64,000 bases of DNA from a virus. Position numbers and translations under genes: made by a program. The DNA is taken from positions 7,020 to 71,019 of the IMG/VR virus record IMGVR_UViG_3300009104_000014; one strand, given 5' to 3'. The notes under the pieces were generated by a model that did not search any database, had not been told where the DNA came from, and saw only the letters and a program-made list of their open reading frames with translations. Below are positions 54,807 to 64,000 of this stretch, one piece after another (within the stretch, counting starts at the first letter, position 1; the number at the start of each line of letters is the position of its first letter).

Positions 54807-56245
54807 CAGTTATCACTCCTAATTTGCTCAAACGACTTAGCCCTAAATTGTGACTCAGCCGGTGTGAGTGTGCGGTTCCATGCGGAAACCCATGTATTGT
54901 AAGCCGCAGAATACACACTTACTGGTGTTTCCATGCGCTCTTGGTTAAGGAAGTTCGCTACAACATCGGTTTCTTCAACTGGTGTTGCTGGAGCAACTGG
55001 CTCATCTTCTACAGATGCACCTACTGGCTCCATAACTACTTCCTCTTCCTCTACGACTGGGTGTGCTTCGTTCCATGAAGCAATCAGTCCTCGTAGAGTA
55101 TCAGCAGAAAGGTCATCGTGACCCTTCATACCAAGAGAAGTTGCCTCTTCGACAAGGTCTGTCCTCTCGGCCTCTGCTTTTGCGGCCTTCTCGTTCTCAT
55201 ATTCCGCAACTTGAGCCTCAAGCATAATCTTCTCTGCTATTAGGGCTTCCATCTCTGCGGAATTATCTTCAACAACTTCTGTGTGTGTAATTTCTTCACT
55301 CATAGTAATCAATTCCCCTTTGGGATGTTCAATGCTACTGTCGCAGTCATATTTAACCGTAGCGGATATTTCTACCTCTTTTCGCTTAACAGAAGTTATT
55401 TTCGCATCGGGATATGCAGGTTTATGCACAATAGCCAAATGGTCGAAATCAAAATTGGTAGCGAAGGTAAACATCATTCTACCGTTCTCTGCCTCTATCG
55501 TATCGTCAGGGATACCAGTTCCCCCAATACTAACTCCATAACCTTCTCTTAGCCAAAGACCTGACTCAAGACTGGCAAACAGTTCTTCTCTTAGAATATC
55601 TCCACTAAAACCAACCTCAAAGGTATTTCCTTCCTTGTAGTGAACATAAGCATCAGTAATTACTCCTACAACCGCTTCATCTACGCCACCACTCATATTG
55701 CGGCTAAATCTTCCGTTTTCTACAGAAGGATGGTTAAGTGTAATGTCGGCTTGAATCATAGATTTAGCAACATATTCAGCCAAATCTGCACTTATTTCCC
55801 AACCATTCTTATTGAACCCATCGTGGAATGCAATTCCTTTGATTGTAATAACAGACCTGCCATTTTCTGCCACAACGCTTGTTTCTACAGAAGTTAAGTC
55901 AATTTCTAATGTGACTGCTATAGGTTGGCATTTACCATCTCTCATTTCTTCTCCTACAGGGCAAGTATCGCTATCTGTGTAAGATTCTACTGATTGCGTC
56001 GCTTGAGTCTTCTCAATGTATTCTTCGTGGGTTCTGCAAGGCATATAAACTCTTGCTCCATCTTGTTCGTGACTGTGTATAGTATTGCACCCAAGTTCTC
56101 CCGCTCTTTCTCTCGCTTCTTGCTCATTATCGAAGGTATCTTGACCTACCTCTTCGGCAAGAGCCTTTTCACCGGAACAACCGCAACCGCAACCCACGCT
56201 TTCAGAATCTGCCCCTGTTTCATAAACCTGTTGCTCGTTTTCCAT
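54806..56245 (-). CDS. prohead protease fused to scaffold
   Basis: 'GIAFHDGFNKNGW', 'LNH', 'GVSIGG', 'HLAIVHKPAYPDA' protease motifs; acidic coiled-coil C-terminus; Cys-rich N-terminal modules. Confidence 0.85.
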   Translation of the reverse strand: MENEQQVYETGADSESVGCGCGCSGEKALAEEVGQDTFDNEQEARERAGELGCNTIHSHEQDGARVYMPCRTHEEYIEKTQATQSVESYTDSDTCPVGEEMRDGKCQPIAVTLEIDLTSVETSVVAENGRSVITIKGIAFHDGFNKNGWEISADLAEYVAKSMIQADITLNHPSVENGRFSRNMSGGVDEAVVGVITDAYVHYKEGNTFEVGFSGDILREELFASLESGLWLREGYGVSIGGTGIPDDTIEAENGRMMFTFATNFDFDHLAIVHKPAYPDAKITSVKRKEVEISATVKYDCDSSIEHPKGELITMSEEITHTEVVEDNSAEMEALIAEKIMLEAQVAEYENEKAAKAEAERTDLVEEATSLGMKGHDDLSADTLRGLIASWNEAHPVVEEEEVVMEPVGASVEDEPVAPATPVEETDVVANFLNQERMETPVSVYSAAYNTWVSAWNRTLTPAESQFRAKSFEQIRSDN

Positions 56246-56259
56246 TTATCATCACCATC

Positions 56260-56964
56260 TCAAGAAAGGGATATATCCAACCAATCTGTCCCGATTGTAT
56301 ATTCATCATTAAACCTAAAGGTAGAGAAAATATCATAGCGACCTTGAGGAACAGAGAAAGTTATATTCACATAATCCCAATTCTGATAATAGGTTTCATA
56401 GGTATGTTCCTCTTGAATACCTGACCAATTCCCTGTATCATTATGATAGAAGGTCCAAATCAAAGTTAAGTTGTGTGGTGCATCATCACAAGTTAGGTCT
56501 GCATCCCAATGAATAGTGATGTTGCCTGTTTCGTTGTTATACTCATAATAGGAATCCCACATTTGAGGATAACAGTCTTCCTCAATGGTTTCATTATTCG
56601 TTTGATTAGTAGTGTTGTTATTATCAATTACTACCGTTGTATTATTCGACGGGGCCGGTGGCGGGTCATCAGGTTCGTCTGAACCATCGCGGCAATTCTT
56701 GTATCCATCATCAACAAGAGATGCTTGAATGGTAGAACCATCACCACAAGTAAAGTCATCTTCCCATTCCCAATCATCATCTCCTATCCACTCGTCATCC
56801 CCTTCTCCGTATGGGGTTAAGTCTACAATACCAACCATTTCTACTGCTGGCATCAAAATAGCAATGATAGAGCCTATAGTAATAATCAATTGTCTAATTT
56901 CCATAGCCCTTTCATTGATAGTATCAATTATGGAGTCTGCTTCATCCTGAGTCAACATCTTCAC
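56260..56964 (-). CDS. membrane protein with LDL-receptor class A-like module
   Basis: TM helix then 'FTCGDGSTIQASLVDDGYKNCRDGSDE'; many NxT/S sequons. Confidence 0.7.
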   Translation of the reverse strand: MKMLTQDEADSIIDTINERAMEIRQLIITIGSIIAILMPAVEMVGIVDLTPYGEGDDEWIGDDDWEWEDDFTCGDGSTIQASLVDDGYKNCRDGSDEPDDPPPAPSNNTTVVIDNNNTTNQTNNETIEEDCYPQMWDSYYEYNNETGNITIHWDADLTCDDAPHNLTLIWTFYHNDTGNWSGIQEEHTYETYYQNWDYVNITFSVPQGRYDIFSTFRFNDEYTIGTDWLDISLS

Positions 56965-57299
56965 CTTCTGCCGCCGTAGTATTCTGTAGCATGACCCTCA
57001 CTTATCAACTGTGCGTTGATATTCTTCTCATTAACATACAATGTTCCAAGGCATCTACCAAACTTCCCTACTCCATGCGACTTAATTACAACTTCTTTAT
57101 CTTCCAATAATTGTTCCAATCTTTCTTTAGCCGCCAAGCCTCTAATCTTTTCCTCTTTATTTCGTGTTCTTGATTCGGGAGCATTCATCCCATACATACG
57201 CACACGAACATTGAAATGGACTTTGAAGCCTAAATCTACCCGCACATCTACGGTATCGCCGTCTACGACCCTAAGGACTTCTGCTTGATATTCCCACAT
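56961..57299 (-). CDS. thermonuclease (SNase-like)
   Basis: 'RVVDGDTV', 'VRMYGMNAPES', 'GKFGRCLG', 'NAQLISEGHA'. Confidence 0.9.
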   Translation of the reverse strand: MWEYQAEVLRVVDGDTVDVRVDLGFKVHFNVRVRMYGMNAPESRTRNKEEKIRGLAAKERLEQLLEDKEVVIKSHGVGKFGRCLGTLYVNEKNINAQLISEGHATEYYGGRR

Positions 57300-57363
57300 T
57301 AGATTAACACCCCAAGTTTTCTGAGTAGCCAAACCCAAATAGAGTTGCCGTCGTAGTGCATCA

Positions 57364-57882
57364 TCATTCCTCAGATGAAGCATCCATGTGGTGGTCATCG
57401 TTTCCGGTGACTGTAAACGCTTCCATTCTGAGTTCGTGAGCCTTTTGCATGGCTTCCATATCTAAGTCGTGTCTAATCTTAATTTCTTCTAACAACCTTA
57501 CATGAGCCTTTTCAGCCTCTGCTGATGCAACATCAGATGCAAGTTGTTCAGGTAAAATGTTGATTTTAGCACTTTCTTTGCCTTTGAACAAATCAAGAAC
57601 AGATGTGATGATAAGAAGAGCCGGACCACCCAATAGACCAATTACTGTTAATTGGCTGTCTGAAATCTCTCTCTCTTCTACTATACTAAAATAGGATGCT
57701 GATGCGGCTATAACTACCCAAGCCATAACTACCCCCATACCGAAGGTCAACATCAACTTCTCATTGGGATTACCCATCTTCATAGATGGACAGGGGTTCC
57801 TTTGACCTATAACTTTTGCTATCGTCACCCAAACAATAGATACAATAATTACTGCTACAATAATAGATAATGTGACTATCAT
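57364..57882 (-). CDS. multi-pass membrane protein (holin-like candidate)
   Basis: Three hydrophobic helices and a charged C-terminal coil. Confidence 0.55.
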   Translation of the reverse strand: MIVTLSIIVAVIIVSIVWVTIAKVIGQRNPCPSMKMGNPNEKLMLTFGMGVVMAWVVIAASASYFSIVEEREISDSQLTVIGLLGGPALLIITSVLDLFKGKESAKINILPEQLASDVASAEAEKAHVRLLEEIKIRHDLDMEAMQKAHELRMEAFTVTGNDDHHMDASSEE

Positions 57883-59333
57883 TCGTCTACCTCAGGCTCT
57901 TCTACCTCAACTTCTTCTTCTACCGGTTCTTCTACCTCTTGGTTAGGTTGTGAATCTCTACGAGGCAACTCTCCAGTTCCCGAAGATTCTCCTTCTTGCT
58001 TTCTTTCATCGCCTATTCTACCTACGCTTTGCTCACCAACGGTTTCGAGGGCTTGATTAAGCGTAAGAATACCTGAATTGTATCCAAGAACTGCTCTTTG
58101 CATTCTTACTGTAGGAGATTCATCTTCTACAGGAGAGAACTCTAACTTGGGTATATCTTTCATTTGATGCTCGATACCCAACAACTCTAAGTGTTTTGAA
58201 AACATATCATGGACTGATTGCACCAAAATACCTTGTAGCCTCTTAATTGCAGTAGTAGCCCACACATTCGCGTTATATGTGGCCGCAAAGGTAGAACCTC
58301 TTTCTTGCCCTGCGGCTACTCTTGGAACTTGAAGCACCGCCGCAATATCAGCGTTTACGGTATCGAGGAATGATGTATTATCAGGGATTGTGTTTCTTGT
58401 GTCTGTGTGGTGAATCTCTATGTAGTCAGGGAAAATAGGCACTTGGTCGCCTCTTAGTGACTCTAAGGTTTTCACTACCTCATCCATGATATATGTTAAT
58501 CGAGCCTTTTGCTCGTCAGGGTCAGTAATGTGTTCTATAGCAGACCTGTTAATTGTAATGAATTGTTTGGTCATAGACTCTTCCAAAGCCATTCTATTAT
58601 TGAGAGTATTGTATTTTGCTCTTATTGCTTGTTTCAAAGAAGAAAACCGAGAAGCACCCCATACGCCGTAGGTATCTCTGTTTTCACTATCTGTAAACCA
58701 ATTACTCCTATAATCAATTCTAATGTGTAGTATCTCATCGGAACTGAATTGTTCCTCTGTTGCATCTCCTTCTCTAATAATGTATGTGGTCGGGTCTATG
58801 ATTGGGTTCATTCTATCAGTCTGTTGTGTGCTTGGTCTTCCATCAGTAATGCTCATTTGTGAAATTGGTAAGGATTGCACTTGTGTTATACCAACACCAG
58901 TTCTACCAACCAGTTTGTTTATATCATTACCATATACCATTAGGTTCCTCATAGCATTGATGAGTATATCATCAAAGTCAATTGTTTCTTCTACTAACAT
59001 TCTGACTGATTCTCTTATGTTTGCGTTCTTTGCGCTCTTGTAATTCAAAGTGTAATTGTTAGCCGTAAGCGAAACCGCTCTTACTGCACCGTTCAATTCG
59101 GGGTCCAACTCAAGCATAGAGTCGTATATATCAAAATCAGTAGTAAAATTAGTGTTTGTGCGTAATTTATTGGAGTCTACCATTATATCGCTAAGACCTG
59201 CGGCGGCGGCAAGTAGCAAAGGATTTTCGCTTGTGTCTGCTTTTCTTGCATTAGCCCAAGCAGATGCAATGTTTATTTCGGGTTTTTCGACTTTTTCGTC
59301 GTTTCTACCCAAGATTCTATCAAATAAGCCCAT
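57879..59333 (-). CDS. portal protein
   Basis: 'MGLFDRILG' start, 'NLMVYGN', 'EILHIR', 'GILTLNQALE'; leaderless promoter GTTGATATAT 30 nt upstream. Confidence 0.88.
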   Translation of the reverse strand: MGLFDRILGRNDEKVEKPEINIASAWANARKADTSENPLLLAAAAGLSDIMVDSNKLRTNTNFTTDFDIYDSMLELDPELNGAVRAVSLTANNYTLNYKSAKNANIRESVRMLVEETIDFDDILINAMRNLMVYGNDINKLVGRTGVGITQVQSLPISQMSITDGRPSTQQTDRMNPIIDPTTYIIREGDATEEQFSSDEILHIRIDYRSNWFTDSENRDTYGVWGASRFSSLKQAIRAKYNTLNNRMALEESMTKQFITINRSAIEHITDPDEQKARLTYIMDEVVKTLESLRGDQVPIFPDYIEIHHTDTRNTIPDNTSFLDTVNADIAAVLQVPRVAAGQERGSTFAATYNANVWATTAIKRLQGILVQSVHDMFSKHLELLGIEHQMKDIPKLEFSPVEDESPTVRMQRAVLGYNSGILTLNQALETVGEQSVGRIGDERKQEGESSGTGELPRRDSQPNQEVEEPVEEEVEVEEPEVDE

Positions 59334-59367
59334 ATTTCTTCCAGTATGTCTTTGATATATCAACTTT

Positions 59368-59646
59368 TCACGCAATCATTTGGTAAAGAAGAAACAAAAT
59401 CATACCCATACCACCAGTCATTTGTGCTACTCGCTTAGTAATAAAGCGGTCGAGGCTATATACTGGCCCTTCCAGTATCTTCTTTTGGTTTTCTTTTACA
59501 TCTTCTAATGAAACCTCTACTTCGTCTAATCTTTTTCCGTGTTGTATGTGTTCATTCTGTTGTTCCCTAAGCACAGTCTTAATATCCGACACATCATCCC
59601 TCACAAGGTCTAATCGAGCCATGACCGCGAGCGTTGCGTCATCCAT
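59368..59646 (-). CDS. small coiled-coil protein with C-terminal TM
   Basis: Heptad repeats plus hydrophobic end; start re-assigned to 59646. Confidence 0.6.
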   Translation of the reverse strand: MDDATLAVMARLDLVRDDVSDIKTVLREQQNEHIQHGKRLDEVEVSLEDVKENQKKILEGPVYSLDRFITKRVAQMTGGMGMILFLLYQMIA

Positions 59647-59694
59647 GCCCGAAAAGAATATAGAATGATTTATTACCATTTACATACATTGTCT

Positions 59695-59910
59695 GTTTAT
59701 TCTTTTTGTGCCTGAAAATAATGAAAACAAATTACTTGCTTTCAGTATAGCGATTTCTAAATTGTTTCTATTCTCTATAGGGTATTAGGAGATATATACT
59801 CCCCCCTTATCCTAAAATGTCCTATAGAGTATTGAAAGAATAAGAAAAGTGTTATACTGCGAACTTGTTATTTGTTTGAGATTATTTCTAATACCAAAAA
59901 GAATGAAAGT
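59695..59910. repeat. ~215-bp imperfect palindromic element, copy B, between divergent late operons
   Basis: ATTCTTT 59699, ATTGTTT 59761, AAAGAAT 59835 and 59898; 17/17 direct match 59765-59781 to 6143-6159; 22/24 inverted match 59816-59839 to 6141-6164. Confidence 0.8.
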
Positions 59911-59939
59911 TGATAAGGCATCAGTTTCTACGAATGGTT

Positions 59940-61178
59940 ATGGGAACCGCCAACAACAGTAAGTATGACCATGTGTCGGTAATAACAAGTCATTTAGAAG
60001 AATGGAAAGAATTAGGCTCAGATACAGCCTTTTCACGATACCTCGCGGGAGTATACCCGAACAAGTCGAGTGAGGCTTGGCGTTGGAATATCAGAATGTA
60101 TAGGCAACACAATTTAGGCGACATACCTGAAACCTACTACGAAAGAACATCTGACTATGCTAAGTTCATTCCGAAGTCTTGGGAAGGTAGCGCGAACTCA
60201 TTATCTCGTAAATTACACTCAGAGCATCCTGAAATTAGTAGAAAGGGTTGGGAAGCAAGAATCCACCAAGCCAAAATGAATGGTGCAATTAGTATCACAG
60301 AGAAGAATGACTTTACATCAACACACTTCAAAGGTAGTAGTCAGACCATAGAAGACTTATGGGAGTCAGTTGAAGAACTTTCAACAAAGAGTATAGAGAA
60401 CTTAGAGAGTGCAAGGTGGGCTGAAATAACATTCAACTCAAAGAACTATATTGGTGTTGCATTAGCAAGCGACCAACACATAGGCAATACCAAAACCGAC
60501 CACGCGCGTATGCGCGAAGACGCTGAATTAGTCCGAAATACAGATAATTGCTTTGTTATCCATGCTGGAGATTTCATAGACAACTTCATGGTTGATAAGC
60601 CCAAACCAGCAATGAGGCAGAAAATCCCCCCTTCAACCCAATGGAAGTTGTGTGACCACTACTTAGATATGTTCGGTGATAAGATACTGGCTATTGTAGC
60701 AGGTAATCACGACCTATGGACCAGTAGTCTAACAGACTACGACCCTTTGGGTAAGAAAGCAAGTGATTTAGATGTTATCTATCATCCACATGAACTAAAT
60801 GTTCGATTGTTAGTAAACAATATCCCCTATAACTTTTCGATAAGACATAAGAGAAGAGGCAACTCTGCTTTGAATCCAGCAAGAGTAGTCAAAAAGATGT
60901 GGGAAGATGGCGAGTGTGATTTCGATATTGGAGTAGTAGGTCATCATCACACCCCAGTTAGTGAACCTTTCACAAGACATGGTTTAGAAAGGTGGGCTAT
61001 CAGGCCGGGGTCGTATAAGATGATAGACGGCTTTTCTGAAATGATAGGTTATCAAGCAGAAAGGGCTACCTGTCCGTTGGTTATCTTATCCCCTGATAAG
61101 AGAAGTATACAGGTCTTTACAGACTTAAGAGATGGTATTAGAACACTTAAAGTTCTAAATGGTGATTTAGATGAATGA
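59940..61178 (+). CDS. calcineurin-like metallophosphoesterase with duplicated N-terminal HTH-like repeats
   Basis: SDQH, GDFIDN, GNHD, H, GHHH motifs; promoter GTTGATAAG 30 nt upstream. Confidence 0.85.
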   Translation: MGTANNSKYDHVSVITSHLEEWKELGSDTAFSRYLAGVYPNKSSEAWRWNIRMYRQHNLGDIPETYYERTSDYAKFIPKSWEGSANSLSRKLHSEHPEISRKGWEARIHQAKMNGAISITEKNDFTSTHFKGSSQTIEDLWESVEELSTKSIENLESARWAEITFNSKNYIGVALASDQHIGNTKTDHARMREDAELVRNTDNCFVIHAGDFIDNFMVDKPKPAMRQKIPPSTQWKLCDHYLDMFGDKILAIVAGNHDLWTSSLTDYDPLGKKASDLDVIYHPHELNVRLLVNNIPYNFSIRHKRRGNSALNPARVVKKMWEDGECDFDIGVVGHHHTPVSEPFTRHGLERWAIRPGSYKMIDGFSEMIGYQAERATCPLVILSPDKRSIQVFTDLRDGIRTLKVLNGDLDE

Positions 61179-61401
61179 TTCATGGACTACAGAAGACTCT
61201 TGCGTAATAATCGGAGAATCATCTGACGATGAAGATTCTCTCATTCTTTGTATACTTGATAGTGATGCACACATGATGACCGCTATTCTCGATAGGCAAG
61301 AAATAGAAAGTCTTGTTGAGTATATGGCTGAATGGGTGGGTTTCCCCTTGATTCTATCAAATACAACAGTAGGGGGCTATAATGACTGGCCTGATGAGTA
61401 G
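61171..61401 (+). CDS. small acidic protein
   Basis: 76-aa ORF overlapping both neighbours. Confidence 0.55.
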   Translation: MNDSWTTEDSCVIIGESSDDEDSLILCILDSDAHMMTAILDRQEIESLVEYMAEWVGFPLILSNTTVGGYNDWPDE

Positions 61402-62890
61402 TTTCAATCTACAGAGAAGTAGATATGACCATCAGCATTTTTACGAATGGCTTGGTTATACTTGGGGTAAACATATTGGTGAGTGGTTTGATTTATTCAA
61501 TGATAGAAAGGGTGCGGCCGTTCATCGTGTTTTATTGATTGCTCCGCGTGACCACAGTAAATCAACTACACTAAGAGTTAAGGCTTTACATTCCCTTCTT
61601 TTCGAGAAGTGGCGTAATAAGCCGTTTACTACATGGCTTTTCTCTGCCAGTAAAGAATTGGCCGCTAATAGACTTGAAGAGATTAGAGAAGATTTGAGAA
61701 GGCATCCCGATTTATCTAAGTTGTTAGATGAAAAGCGCGGTGGTAAGTGGGAGTTGCGTTTAACTAATGGTTCTTGGATTAAAGCATCATCTGTAGGTTC
61801 TGCTATTCGTGGAGAACACCCTGCGCGTATCATTTTAGACGATGTGTTAGATGATTCAGCCGATATGTCCGATGATGTAGTTAGGAATTGGTTTCGTAAG
61901 AAATTAACTCCAATGTTGAGTCCTGATACATCTATATTCGTAGTAGGAACACCTTTGGCTCTAACTGACCTATACCACACAGAAATGCTAAACAATGAGG
62001 CTTGGAAGTCTTGGAAGCAGGGTAGCATTCTTAATTATGACGAATGGGCTAAAGACCCTGAGAATATAGAACCTATTTGTTTATGGCCTGAATATAGAAG
62101 TGTAGACTTCTTACTTGAACAGAGAGTTGCTATGGGTGAATTAGCGTTTTCTCAAGAATACCTATGTAGGGTTGTTGATGATGACTCTGCGGTATATCCC
62201 TCTCGACTAACAAGACAACATCTTAACATGGATGCTACCTTAGAACATGAAAAATTGCATGGCGGCAGATATGTGATTGGTTTTGACCCTTCTCATGGTA
62301 TTGGTAAAGACTATAGCGTTATGGTAATAGTTCGTCAAGATAATGAGGGTTTCTTACACATAGTAGATATTTGGCGACATAATGACTTTGAACCTACTAA
62401 ACAAGTAGAAGAAATCATTAGGTTATGCACACTTTACAGAAACCCTATCTTTGCGGCTGAGTCTGCTGGCTTCCAACGGTTATATCATACTCTCATAAGA
62501 AATAAAGGAGCCAATGTTGATTATAGAGCAAGCCCTGTTCAGAATAGAGTTCTCAAACAATCCCTACTAATGAGGCTTCGGTCTTGGTTTGAACAGGGTA
62601 AAATCGTTGTCCCCTATGGTAATGACCATACGAGGAAGGTAATGAATGAGATGTTAGAGGAATTAGAAACCCATGCTTGGGATAATGGCATCATTGTAGA
62701 CAAAGGTAAGCATAATGATATTGTTATGGCTTTGGCTCACGCCGTAGACCAGTTCCAAAGTAAGGGGGGCAATGATGCTCCTATGGTAGGCAACTCTGCA
62801 TCAGTTGGTGGTTGGAGTCTATCTAAGGATAAACCTACAACTACCGTTCATAGAGATGCGAACTCTCGTTATGTGAGGTTCAGACTTTAG
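61382..62890 (+). CDS. terL: terminase large subunit
   Basis: 'APRDHSKST', 'IRGEHP..IILDD', 'VVGTP', 'FSQEYLC', nuclease 'GFDPS' and 'HNDIVMALA'. Confidence 0.95.
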   Translation: MTGLMSSFNLQRSRYDHQHFYEWLGYTWGKHIGEWFDLFNDRKGAAVHRVLLIAPRDHSKSTTLRVKALHSLLFEKWRNKPFTTWLFSASKELAANRLEEIREDLRRHPDLSKLLDEKRGGKWELRLTNGSWIKASSVGSAIRGEHPARIILDDVLDDSADMSDDVVRNWFRKKLTPMLSPDTSIFVVGTPLALTDLYHTEMLNNEAWKSWKQGSILNYDEWAKDPENIEPICLWPEYRSVDFLLEQRVAMGELAFSQEYLCRVVDDDSAVYPSRLTRQHLNMDATLEHEKLHGGRYVIGFDPSHGIGKDYSVMVIVRQDNEGFLHIVDIWRHNDFEPTKQVEEIIRLCTLYRNPIFAAESAGFQRLYHTLIRNKGANVDYRASPVQNRVLKQSLLMRLRSWFEQGKIVVPYGNDHTRKVMNEMLEELETHAWDNGIIVDKGKHNDIVMALAHAVDQFQSKGGNDAPMVGNSASVGGWSLSKDKPTTTVHRDANSRYVRFRL

Positions 62891-63210
62891 AATGCGGCTA
62901 TAGCAACGATGGCATCATTACCGGGGTCTGCGGAGAAAACAACAGTCACGGTGTTTGCGCCGGTCGCCTTAGCGGTTTTGATGGTCACATTGTTTGACCC
63001 GTCATCCTTAAGTGTAGCAATTATCTTAGAAGATGTAGTCACGCCACTAACGGTGATGGCCTCAGTAGCACTTCCGCCAGCAGTAGTCTTTTCGACTGCA
63101 TAGTCCGCTAAAACTGCGGTGACTGCTGATGATAGGTCTGCGGTATCCACTCCACCGTCTACGATGTGGTGTCCCATGATTACATTCTTCAATTGTCGGT
63201 TCTTAGGCAT
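62887..63210 (-). CDS. small beta-rich probable virion protein
   Basis: Thr/Ala/Val-rich 107 aa; late-type promoter GTTGATAAAT 30 nt upstream. Confidence 0.65.
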   Translation of the reverse strand: MPKNRQLKNVIMGHHIVDGGVDTADLSSAVTAVLADYAVEKTTAGGSATEAITVSGVTTSSKIIATLKDDGSNNVTIKTAKATGANTVTVVFSADPGNDAIVAIAAF

Positions 63211-63279
63211 ACATCAACGAGTATTCCTTTGATTTATCAACATTATGTAAGTTTTATATTGTTTATGGGGGATTTAGCG

Positions 63280-63345
63280 GTTTTTGGAAAAAAAATTGTA
63301 TATTTTGAGAGGGGGTTGGCGACCAACCACCTCACCGAGGGGTAA
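63280..63345. other. T/A tract plus GC hairpin in a divergent intergenic region (possible genome end or pac region)
   Basis: TTTTTGGAAAAAAAATT followed by GAGG-GGGTTGG-cga-CCAACC-ACCTC hairpin. Confidence 0.35.
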
Positions 63346-63462
63346 ACATTTGGCGTCAATTTTTGCTTGCTAATTCGGTTGCTAAAACGACGAAAACCGA
63401 TGGACTGCAAGCCTGTTAGCACCCTGAGATAGGTTAAAGTTCTCACTCGCTTACGGTTGAAC

Positions 63463-63972
63463 ATGGCTAAAATGCCGAACCGAGATGACGACAGACCCGA
63501 AAATGCCGAAGATGTGGAACCCTTTAGGGTTCCAATATCCGAAAGACCCCATGCCGACGGAGCAATTTTTCTTCCGTCAAATGGCTTTTGGTATGACTTA
63601 CCCGTCAACCGATGGCCTCACTACGACCTATTAGACCTAAAGGTCTACCAAGACGATGACCCAACCTCTGATGATGCAATTCTGCTGATTCGATACCAAG
63701 ACGACGAAGGAGATATAGTGATTCAATGGATTGGAATTGAAGCAGAGAAAACGCTTGACCGAGAGGCTGTTGACCTGATGCTCGACCTGATGATTTACCA
63801 CCAAAATGACGACTATGGAACCGTCGAAACCTGCACAGATTGTCCGGTTGAAGCCGATGAAGAATGGGTAGAAATCATCGAAGCGATTGAGAATGATGAA
63901 ATCGAAAGACTGCAAGCCGAAAAGCAGATTTTTCAGGATGACTGGAGTAGTGTTGATTCAATCTACGATTGA
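63463..63972 (+). CDS. acidic hypothetical protein (probable early gene)
   Basis: D/E-rich 169 aa; GGTTAAAG TATA-like box 29 nt upstream. Confidence 0.7.
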   Translation: MAKMPNRDDDRPENAEDVEPFRVPISERPHADGAIFLPSNGFWYDLPVNRWPHYDLLDLKVYQDDDPTSDDAILLIRYQDDEGDIVIQWIGIEAEKTLDREAVDLMLDLMIYHQNDDYGTVETCTDCPVEADEEWVEIIEAIENDEIERLQAEKQIFQDDWSSVDSIYD

Positions 63973-64000
63973 AAGTGAGATTTGGGGTGGTGGTTTCTGA

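Noticed and set aside
61522-62028. 168-aa minus-strand ORF inside terL and other antisense ORFs in the track
   Set aside because: Fully overlap well-supported genes on the opposite strand and show no recognisable motifs

Overview
This window is a 64-kb segment of a tailed (HK97-fold, siphovirus-like) archaeal dsDNA virus. Gene content (archaeal-type MCM, RFC, PCNA-like clamp, PolB, fused PriS-PriL primase, ERCC4 nuclease, DUF3860-like wHTH proteins, an LDLRa protein) and TATA-box leaderless promoters point to a magrovirus-like virus of Marine Group II/Poseidoniales; that host assignment is inferred from memory of these families, not from a search. Layout: 1-22.7 kb (+) holds small accessory genes and a replication module. 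22.7-59.7 kb (-) is the virion module: portal, protease, capsid, a 13-kb collagen/fibre block, neck, tail tube, frameshifted tail chaperones, tape measure and a large tail-tip protein. 59.9-62.9 kb (+) encodes a phosphoesterase and the terminase, with a possible genome end near 63.3 kb. The most unusual signals are: (1) a hexamer TTGCTA/TAGCAA enriched about ten-fold in the left part of the window, alongside about eight paralogous winged-helix proteins; (2) two homologous ~215-bp palindromic elements with conserved box spacing at 6.1 and 59.8 kb; (3) a promoter-driven tandem pair of putative structured ncRNAs at 4.65-4.99 kb; (4) apparent avoidance of several palindromic 4-mers. All counts and alignments were done by eye and need computational confirmation.
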